From Thermoplasmata archaeon (lineage in GTDB: Archaea; Thermoplasmatota; Thermoplasmata; Lutacidiplasmatales; UBA184), in NCBI GenBank assembly GCA_021821785.1, contig JAKACD010000001.1, forward strand, positions 39,964 to 103,963: a stretch of DNA of 64,000 nucleotides, in the 5' to 3' direction. The position numbers were made by a program, and so were the translations under genes. Under the pieces are notes generated by a model, which saw nothing but the letters and a program-made list of their open reading frames with translations, was not told where the DNA came from and did not search any database. Shown one piece after another: positions 56,797-64,000 of the stretch; the first letter of the stretch is position 1, and every line of letters starts with the position of its first letter.

Positions 56797-57664
56797 GCCG
56801 GCCCTCGCCCCGGGGGCCCCGTCGTCCGTCCCGACCCACCCCTCCGATGTCCTCGCGACGCTGCAACAGCTCGGCGTCGCCCCCTCGAAGGGCTGGGGCC
56901 AGTCGTTCCTCACGGACCCGTTCGTCGCCGACGCCGAGGCGGCGTTGATCGGCTCCGCCGGCACGGACGGCGTCCTCGAGATCGGCGGCGGGCTCGGGAT
57001 CCTCACGGCCGCTATCTTGCGTCGCCGCCCCGGCCCGGTCACCGTGATCGAGCGGGACCCGCGGCTCGCGGGGTTCCTCCGATCGACCTTCGGCGACCAG
57101 ATCCGGCTGGTCGAGGGGGACGCGCTCGACGTCGAACTCCCGCGCGTCGGCTGCGCGATCGGGAACCTTCCCTACTCGGCCGCGACCGCGATCCTGGGCC
57201 GGCTGTTCGCCCGGCGGATCCCGCGCGTGATCTTCCTCGTCCAGCGGGAGGTCGCCGAGCGCCTGGCCGCCGGGCCGGGCTCGAAGACGTACGGACGGCT
57301 CTCGATCTTCGCCCGGCTCTACGGCACGGTCGAGCTCTACCGGACGGTCGGTGCCGAGGCGTTCTCCCCCCGACCCGAGGTCGAGAGCCGGATCGGCGTG
57401 CACACCGCGAGGGCGGGCCCGCTACCGGTCCCCCACGTTCCGACCCTCGAACGCGCCGTCGCGACGCTCTTCTCCTCGCGACGGAAGCAGCTCGGGAACC
57501 TCCTGCCCCGGCTCACCGCGTCCCGCGCGGAGGCCGACCGGCTCGCTGCGGAGGCCGGATGGCCGGCCGACTGGGCCGGACGGCGGCCCGAGGAGCTCGA
57601 CCCCGAGGCGTTCTTCGCGCTCGCGCGAGCGATCGACCGACCGCGGGCCCCCCGGCGCGACTGA
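56759..57664 (+). CDS. rsmA: 16S rRNA dimethyladenosine transferase
   Basis: GQSFL, LEIGGGLGILT, GDAL, NLPY, QREVAERL, YGRLS; start uncertain. Confidence 0.9.
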   Translation: MSRTSTGSSSRRRPALAPGAPSSVPTHPSDVLATLQQLGVAPSKGWGQSFLTDPFVADAEAALIGSAGTDGVLEIGGGLGILTAAILRRRPGPVTVIERDPRLAGFLRSTFGDQIRLVEGDALDVELPRVGCAIGNLPYSAATAILGRLFARRIPRVIFLVQREVAERLAAGPGSKTYGRLSIFARLYGTVELYRTVGAEAFSPRPEVESRIGVHTARAGPLPVPHVPTLERAVATLFSSRRKQLGNLLPRLTASRAEADRLAAEAGWPADWAGRRPEELDPEAFFALARAIDRPRAPRRD

Positions 57665-57722
57665 CCCCGCGGGGGAGCCGACGGGCGGCGCCCCGAGCAG
57701 CGCCGGGGGCGCGGTCGCGTCC

Positions 57723-57751
57723 CCGAAAGGTCAGTTATATTTATATAGAAG
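57723..57751 (+). promoter_or_regulatory. thermosome promoter (BRE-like + extended TATA)
   Basis: CCGAAAGGTCAGTTATATTTATATAGAAG ending about 28 nt upstream of ATG 57779. Confidence 0.7.
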
Positions 57752-57778
57752 AGCAATTGTTCCATTCGCGGTGAATAC

Positions 57779-59401
57779 ATGCTTCAGGGTACCCCTATCC
57801 TCGTCCTGAAGGAAGGAACCGAGCGAGACCGCGGAAAGAGCGCCACGTCGAACAACATCGCGGCCGCCCGCGCGATCGCGGATACCGTGCGCACGACGCT
57901 CGGCCCGCGCGGCATGGACAAGATGCTGGTCGACTCGATGGGCGACATCACGATCACGAACGACGGCGTCACGATCCTGAAAGAGGTCGACGTCGAGCAC
58001 CCGGCCGCGAAGATGCTGGTGGAGGTCGCGAAGACCCAGGACCAGCAGTGCGGCGACGGGACCACGACCGCGGTCGTGCTGGCGGGCGAGCTCCTGAAGC
58101 GCTCGGAGCACCTCCTCGAGCAGAACGTCCACCCGACGGTCATCACCCGGGGATTCCAGCTCGCGGTCGCGGAGGCGAAGCGTCTCCTCGACGCGGAGAT
58201 CGGGACGGCGGTAAAGCCCGAGGACGAGCAGGTCCTGATCGACTGCGCGATGACGGCGATGGGCTCGAAGGGCGTCGCGGGCTCCCGCGACGAGCTCGCG
58301 CGGATCACCGTGAGCGCGGTCAAGAAGATCGCCGAGCAGCGCGGCGGCCGGACCGTCTGTGACGTCGATCAGATCAAGGTCGAGAAGCGGCACGGCGGGA
58401 CGATCGCGGACACCGAGCTCATCGAAGGGCTCGTCCTGGACAAGGAGCGCGGCCACCCGCGCATGCCCGGCGAGATCGCCGAGGCGAAGATCGCGCTATT
58501 GAACTCGGCGCTCGAGATCAAGAAGACCGAGATCGAGAGCAAGATCAACATCAAGAACCCGGCCCAGATCCAGAGCTTCCTCGACGAGGAAGACAAGACC
58601 TTCCGCCAGATGGTCCAGGCGATCCGGGCCTCGGGCGCGAACGTGGTCGTCTGCCAGAAGGGAATCGACGACGTCGTCCTCCACTACCTCGCGAAGGAAG
58701 GGATCTACGCCGTCAAGCAGGTCAAGGAGTCCGACCTCCAGAAGCTGGCCCGCGCGACCGGCGGCAAGATCGTGACCGGGATCAAGGAGCTCACCCCGAA
58801 CGACCTCGGCCGGGCCGCGAAGGTCGACGAGCGCCGGGTCGGCGAGGACAAGATGACCTTCGTCACCGGCTGCGCGAACCCCCGCTCGGTCTCGATCCTG
58901 ATCCGGGGCGGTACCGAGCACGTCACGCAGGAGGTCGAGCGCTCGCTCCAGGACGCCCTCAAGGTCGTCGGGAGCGTGCTCGAGGACGGCGTGGTCTGTC
59001 CGGGCGGCGGCGCCACGGAGATCGACCTCGCGGTGAAGCTCCGGAAGTGGGCTGGCACGGTCGGTGGCCGGGAGCAGCTCGCGGTCGAGGCGTTCGCCCA
59101 GTCGCTCGAGGCGATCCCGTGGGCCCTCGCGGAGAACGGGGGCTACGACTCGATCAACGTCCTGATCGACCTGCGCAGCGCGCACGACGGACCCGCGGCG
59201 AACAAGAACGTGGGCGTCAACCTCACGGACGGCAAGGTGGCCGACATGTGGAAGCTCCATGTGATCGAGCCGGCCCGGGTGAAACGCCAGGCGCTCAACT
59301 CGGCCGCAGAGGTCGCGAACATGGTCCTGCGCATCGACGACGTCATCGCGTCGAAGAAGTCGGCGCCTCCGGCGGGCGGGGGCGGCGGCCACGACCACTA
59401 G
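57779..59401 (+). CDS. ths: thermosome (group II chaperonin) subunit
   Basis: [40 protein letters not shown]. Confidence 0.96.
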   Translation: MLQGTPILVLKEGTERDRGKSATSNNIAAARAIADTVRTTLGPRGMDKMLVDSMGDITITNDGVTILKEVDVEHPAAKMLVEVAKTQDQQCGDGTTTAVVLAGELLKRSEHLLEQNVHPTVITRGFQLAVAEAKRLLDAEIGTAVKPEDEQVLIDCAMTAMGSKGVAGSRDELARITVSAVKKIAEQRGGRTVCDVDQIKVEKRHGGTIADTELIEGLVLDKERGHPRMPGEIAEAKIALLNSALEIKKTEIESKINIKNPAQIQSFLDEEDKTFRQMVQAIRASGANVVVCQKGIDDVVLHYLAKEGIYAVKQVKESDLQKLARATGGKIVTGIKELTPNDLGRAAKVDERRVGEDKMTFVTGCANPRSVSILIRGGTEHVTQEVERSLQDALKVVGSVLEDGVVCPGGGATEIDLAVKLRKWAGTVGGREQLAVEAFAQSLEAIPWALAENGGYDSINVLIDLRSAHDGPAANKNVGVNLTDGKVADMWKLHVIEPARVKRQALNSAAEVANMVLRIDDVIASKKSAPPAGGGGGHDH

Positions 59402-59487
59402 GACCTTCGGAACCCTTTCCTCGGGCCGGCGGGACTCTCCCGGCCGGCCCGAAGCCTTCTTAATCGGAGTCGGGTACGCCGCACGCC

Positions 59488-59892
59488 ATGCGCACGAAGC
59501 CCGTGGAGGGTGTCCTTCGGCTCGACATCGTCGCGCTCGAACCGCGCCCCGCGATCTACCTGGCCTACGACGGGCTCGCCGGGATCAGCCAGCGGCCGAT
59601 CCTCCGCGATCTCGTGGAGGAGCTCGAGCGGAAGGGGTCGGAGGCGCTGCCGAAGTTCCTTGACGCGCTCCGCCAGCACCACTCGGCCCAGGTCCACGTC
59701 TACTTCTCGGACTACGTGAGCTACGGGATCGGCGGCGGCGATGCCGCCGCGGAGTTCTTCCTCGGCACGTACCTCCTGCTCCACGAGAGCGCGCGCTCCG
59801 CGGGCAAGGAGACCGCCGCGGTCCCCGAGCACCTCGCGCTCTTCCGGCCGGGCGGCGTGGAGCGGCTCGCGCTCGAGAACCCCGCGAGCTAA
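59488..59892 (+). CDS. hypothetical protein
   Basis: Protein-like composition, TTAAT box about 25 nt upstream, fills the gap between ths and lysS. Confidence 0.65.
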   Translation: MRTKPVEGVLRLDIVALEPRPAIYLAYDGLAGISQRPILRDLVEELERKGSEALPKFLDALRQHHSAQVHVYFSDYVSYGIGGGDAAAEFFLGTYLLLHESARSAGKETAAVPEHLALFRPGGVERLALENPAS

Positions 59893-59947
59893 CCCGGCGC
59901 CCGTCGGGAGCCTTTTCTACCCCGAACCTCCTCGGCCTTCCCGACCG

Positions 59948-61423
59948 ATGGACGAGGAAACTCCGCTCGAGCGCGAGCGACGCGCGAAGGTGGCCCGCTG
60001 GCGGGCGGACGGCCGCGAGCCGTACCCGTGGTCGTTCCCGGGGCGCGTCGACTCCGGGGTCGTCCGGGCCGCGTGCGCGGCGCTCGCCCCCGGGACCGAG
60101 GAGCCGGCCCGGAGCTTTCGCGTGGGCGGACGCCTCAAGATCGTCCGCCAGCACGGCCGAACCGCCTTCGTGGACCTCGAGGACCTCGCGGGGGGCCTTC
60201 AGCTCATCCTTCGGGTCGACGAGCTCGGCGAGGAGGCCTACCGCGCCTGGCTCGCGGACCTCGACCCGGGCGACCTCGTCGGGGCCGACGGGATCGCGGC
60301 CGTCTCCCGGCGGGGCGAGCCGTCCCTGCTCGTACGGAGCCTGACGCTGCTCGCCAAGGCGATTACGCCGCCGCCGGAGAAGTACCACGGGCTCCAGGAC
60401 GTCGAAGAGCGGCTGCGGCGCCGCTATGTGGACCTCCTGGCCTCGGCCGAGGTTCGGGAGCGCTTCCGCGTCCGCACGCTCCTCGTGCGGGAGATCCGGC
60501 AGTACTTCGACGCCCTCGATTTCCTCGAGGTGGAGACGCCGATCCTCCAGACGGTCGCGAGCGGCGCCGCCGCGGCGCCGTTCGTGACCCGGTCGAACTA
60601 CCTGGGCCGGGAGCTACAACTGAGAATCGCCGAGGAGCTGCCCTTGAAGCGACTCCTCGTAGGAGGGCTCGAACGGGTCTACGAGATTGGCCGGGCGTTC
60701 CGGAACGAGGACCTGGACTCGACGCACTCGCCCGAGTTCACCGAGCTCGAGGCGTACTGGGCGTACGCCGACTACCACGATATGCGTCGTCTCACCGAGG
60801 GGCTCTACGAGCGTCTCGCGCGGCGCACCGTGGAGCTATGGCCCGACCGACCCGAGGTCGCCCGCGCCGCGGAGCGGTTCCAGCCCCCGTTCCCGACGCT
60901 CGACTTCGTGGACGCCCTCGAGGCGGCGAGCGGGATCCCCCGGCTCCTCGAGAAGAGCCGGGAGGAGCTGCGCGCGCTCGCCCGCGCGGCCGGCTCGACC
61001 GTACCGGACAACTCCTCCACCGGCACGTTCCTCGACAAGCTGTTCGAGCACTACGTGGAACCATCGATCGACCGGGTGACGTTCGTGGTCGACTTCCCCA
61101 CGGCGACCACCCCGCTCGCGAAGCGGCACCGCTCGAAGCCCGGCCGTGTCGAGCGGTTCGAGGTCTTCGCCCCCGGCTTTGAGCTCGCGAACGCCTACAC
61201 CGAGCTCACCGACCCGGACGAGCAGGAGGAGCGGTTCCGAAGCCAGCTCGGCGAGCGGGGCGACGACGCGTATGCCCACGACGCCGACTTCGTCGAGGCG
61301 CTGCGCTACGGTCTCCCCCCGACCACCGGCATCGGGATGGGGATCGATCGGCTCGTCATGGCGCTCCTCGGCCTCTCGTCGATCAAGGACGCGCTCCTGT
61401 TCCCCCTCGTCCGATCCCGCTGA
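59948..61423 (+). CDS. lysS: lysyl-tRNA synthetase class II
   Basis: OB-fold, FLEVETP, FRNE..DSTHSPEFT, GLPPTTGIGMGIDRL. Confidence 0.93.
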   Translation: MDEETPLERERRAKVARWRADGREPYPWSFPGRVDSGVVRAACAALAPGTEEPARSFRVGGRLKIVRQHGRTAFVDLEDLAGGLQLILRVDELGEEAYRAWLADLDPGDLVGADGIAAVSRRGEPSLLVRSLTLLAKAITPPPEKYHGLQDVEERLRRRYVDLLASAEVRERFRVRTLLVREIRQYFDALDFLEVETPILQTVASGAAAAPFVTRSNYLGRELQLRIAEELPLKRLLVGGLERVYEIGRAFRNEDLDSTHSPEFTELEAYWAYADYHDMRRLTEGLYERLARRTVELWPDRPEVARAAERFQPPFPTLDFVDALEAASGIPRLLEKSREELRALARAAGSTVPDNSSTGTFLDKLFEHYVEPSIDRVTFVVDFPTATTPLAKRHRSKPGRVERFEVFAPGFELANAYTELTDPDEQEERFRSQLGERGDDAYAHDADFVEALRYGLPPTTGIGMGIDRLVMALLGLSSIKDALLFPLVRSR

Positions 61424-61469
61424 GCGGTCGGGCAGTCCCCTTATACCGTCCCCCGGACGATAGACCGGC

Positions 61470-62258
61470 ATGGCCGAAGCCGTCGTGCCGCTCCGGGTGG
61501 ATGGGCTCTCCGTCGTGTACGGTGAGCGCCCGGCGGTCGACCGGCTCTCCTTCACCGTCGGCCGCGGCGAGATCTACGGGCTCCTCGGTTCGAACGGGGC
61601 GGGGAAGACGAGCACGATCCGCTCGATCGTAGGACTGGTCCAACCGGTGGGCGGGCGCGTGGAGGTCTTTGGCCTGGACCACCGCACGATGGGCCGGCGC
61701 GTGAAGGAGCTCATCGGCTACGTGCCGGAGGTCTCGCTGCTCTACGAGGCCCTCACGCCCCGCGAATTCCTCGAGTTCGTCGCGAGCGTCCGGCGGCTCG
61801 ACCCGAAGGTCGCTTCGGAGCGGGCCCGGAACTACGCGAACGCCTTCCAGCTAGTCGAGGAGTTCGACGAGCCGATCGTCACGCTCTCGAACGGCACGCG
61901 CCAGAAGGTCCTCCTCCTCGCAGCCTTCCTCCACCAGCCGCCCCTTCTCGTCCTGGACGAGCCGCTGAACGGCCTCGACCCTCGGTCGGTCCGGATCATG
62001 AAGGAGCTCCTCGCCCGCTACGCCGCGAACGGAGACCGGGGCGTCCTGTTCTCGACCCACACGATGGAGGTCGCCGAGCAGCTCTGCCATCGCGTAGGGA
62101 TCCTCGACCGCGGGGTCCTGCGGGGCGAGGGGACGGTCGCCGCCTTGCGGGAGAAGGTCCGGGCCGGGGACGCCTCGCTCGAAGAGGTCTTCCTACGGCT
62201 CACCGAAGAGCGGGAGGCGGTCCGGGCCGCGGTCGACGCGCTCGGAGGCCCGGAATAA
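61470..62258 (+). CDS. ABC transporter ATP-binding protein
   Basis: GSNGAGKT, LSNG, LDEP, STH. Confidence 0.92.
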   Translation: MAEAVVPLRVDGLSVVYGERPAVDRLSFTVGRGEIYGLLGSNGAGKTSTIRSIVGLVQPVGGRVEVFGLDHRTMGRRVKELIGYVPEVSLLYEALTPREFLEFVASVRRLDPKVASERARNYANAFQLVEEFDEPIVTLSNGTRQKVLLLAAFLHQPPLLVLDEPLNGLDPRSVRIMKELLARYAANGDRGVLFSTHTMEVAEQLCHRVGILDRGVLRGEGTVAALREKVRAGDASLEEVFLRLTEEREAVRAAVDALGGPE

Positions 62259-63922
62259 TGAGCTGGCGGGAGGCCGCGCGACTGAGCGACGTCGCCTTCA
62301 CCGAGCTCGCCCTCCAGGCGATCTTCGCGCTGCGACAGGGGAACGTGCTTCCGCCGGGTCCGGCCCGGGCGCTCGTCCCCCGGGCCCGACGGCGTGTCCT
62401 CCAGAGCAAGCTCGTGATCGGCGGGGTCCTCGCCCTCTTCACGCTCGGGGGCGCGTACGCCCTCAGCTCGGCGCCGCTCCTCCACTCCAGCTTGGCCCAG
62501 GGGATCTCTTCCGGCGAGTTCCGAGCGGGTCTCCTCACCGGTCTCTTCAGCCTCGACGTCGCGTTCCTCTGGTGGACGGGAATGCAGGTGTTGCCGACCT
62601 TCCTGGCCGCCGGCGTCTTTCCCCTCCTCGAGACCCTCCCGATCGACGAACGGACCGTCGCTCGGACCGCGAGCCTCCTCTACCTGCGCCTGTTCGACCT
62701 GCCGGCGCTCACGATCCTCGTCGTCACGCCCCTTTTCGTCGGGCTCGAGCTCGGACCGCTCGCCGGCCTCGCGGTCGTGCCGGGCGCGGTCGCCACGGTC
62801 GCCTTTGCGCTCGCCCTCTCGCTCCTGACGGGGCGGTTCTTCGTGCGCCGGGTCCAAGGCTCGCGCGGAGGCGGGGGGAACGCCGTCGTGCGGTGGGGGT
62901 ACCTCGTGCTCTGGCTGCTCCCCGCGTTCGCGATGTTCGGCTTCGTCATCGCGGCGCCCGGGTACTTCTCGCTATTGCGATCGATCGCCGAGACCGGCTC
63001 CTCGACGGCCGGCGACCTCTTGTTCGGCGCCTTCCCATTCCCGTTCGCGGCGTTGGCGGCGATCACGGCCAGCGGCCCGGACGGGATGGGGCTCGCGGCG
63101 GGCGGCCTCGACGTGCTCGTCGCGGCGCTCGGGGGCTACCTCGCGCTCGCCGCCGTCGCGATCTACTGGGTCTTCGCGTCCGTCCGACGGATCGGGCTCG
63201 TCCCGGCGACCGGGGTCCGGCCGCTCATGCCCCGCGCGGTCGCGCTGCACTCGGTCCGCCCGGCGTACGCGGTGCTCGTCAAGGACCTTCGGATCGCGAG
63301 CCGAACACCGGGGTACGCGTTCCTCATCCTCCTGCCGATCCTGGACGCGCTCGCCCTGGGACTCTGGACCTACGCGAGCGCCCCGAGCGCGACCGCGGCG
63401 AACAGCCTCGGTCTCGCCGCCGTGACGACCTCGGCGCTCCTCGCAACCTTCTTTGGTCCCGCGTTCTTCGCCATCGAGGTGTTCGCTCACTCCTACGCCC
63501 GGACCCTGCCCCTCTCGGGCCGGTCGCTGCTCGGTGGGAAGGTCGCCCTGGTCGCAGGGATGTACCTCGTGGCGAGCGCCGTCGTTGCCGGCCTCACGCT
63601 CCCCCGGGTCTTCGACCCGACGCTCTTTCTCGGGTTCATCGCGGCCGAGCTTCCGGCGGTGCTCGCCGCGAGCCTCCTCGAGCTCGGCATCCTCCTCCGC
63701 CGGGCGGAGGCCCGCGGTCTCCCGATCACGAACCTCTACGCCGGCGCCTGGATCGCCTTCCTCGTTGCGATCCCGGGCCTCCTCGTCGCGAGCCTGCCGC
63801 TCGTGGCGTTCCAGCTCGCGGGAGCGTGGACCCCCGACCTCGCCCTGTCCCTGATGGGGCTGGTCGCCCTCGCCGAGTTGGCCCTGGCAGCTCCGTTCGC
63901 CGCCGGGAGGGAGCGCTCCTGA
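62258..63922 (+). CDS. putative ABC exporter permease
   Basis: Multiple TM helices, KDLRIASR linker; translationally coupled to the ATPase (TAATG). Confidence 0.75.
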   Translation: MSWREAARLSDVAFTELALQAIFALRQGNVLPPGPARALVPRARRRVLQSKLVIGGVLALFTLGGAYALSSAPLLHSSLAQGISSGEFRAGLLTGLFSLDVAFLWWTGMQVLPTFLAAGVFPLLETLPIDERTVARTASLLYLRLFDLPALTILVVTPLFVGLELGPLAGLAVVPGAVATVAFALALSLLTGRFFVRRVQGSRGGGGNAVVRWGYLVLWLLPAFAMFGFVIAAPGYFSLLRSIAETGSSTAGDLLFGAFPFPFAALAAITASGPDGMGLAAGGLDVLVAALGGYLALAAVAIYWVFASVRRIGLVPATGVRPLMPRAVALHSVRPAYAVLVKDLRIASRTPGYAFLILLPILDALALGLWTYASAPSATAANSLGLAAVTTSALLATFFGPAFFAIEVFAHSYARTLPLSGRSLLGGKVALVAGMYLVASAVVAGLTLPRVFDPTLFLGFIAAELPAVLAASLLELGILLRRAEARGLPITNLYAGAWIAFLVAIPGLLVASLPLVAFQLAGAWTPDLALSLMGLVALAELALAAPFAAGRERS

Positions 63923-64000
63923 GCGCTCCGTCGCTCCCGACGCGCTTCGACCCGGCGGAGGTCGACGCGCGCTGGCAGGCCGAGTGGGCACGGCACCACG
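63919..64000 (+). CDS. valS: N-terminus of a class Ia aminoacyl-tRNA synthetase, probably ValRS (runs off window edge)
   Basis: Manual translation LSAPSLPTRFDPAEVDARWQAEWARHH matches the FDP.EVE.RWQ..W start of ValRS/LeuRS. Confidence 0.55.
   Translation, partial: MSAPSLPTRFDPAEVDARWQAEWARHH

Overview
A gene-dense, very GC-rich (roughly 70% by eye) archaeal chromosomal segment. The gene set is typical of class Thermoplasmata: archaeal information genes (Nop5, Dph2, NAC, PAC2, Pus10-L21e-RpoF-DUF655-KsgA, thermosome, XerA) sit alongside bacterial-type GyrB, GrpE, class II HMG-CoA reductase, class II LysRS and ThyX. The high GC would fit a soil or peat lineage such as UBA184/Lutacidiplasmatales (inference only). 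I support about 65 CDS, three tRNAs (Thr-GGT, Val-CAC, Cys-GCA) and one internally deleted adenylate cyclase-TPR pseudogene. I saw no CRISPR array, IS element, provirus or rRNA. Most long ORFs in the track are GC-driven shadow frames. The most interesting observations are: a 4xCBS + HPF/RaiA-like putative ribosome hibernation factor next to NAC; a DUF6015-like protein whose C-terminal motif resembles the TFE-alpha winged helix; a UDP-sulfoquinovose synthase/GT4 cluster; a tandem DtxR-type operator; a lipoate-ligase paralog lacking the conserved Lys; and a 2-TM channel with a non-canonical filter. All product calls come from motif recognition by eye; no database search was run.
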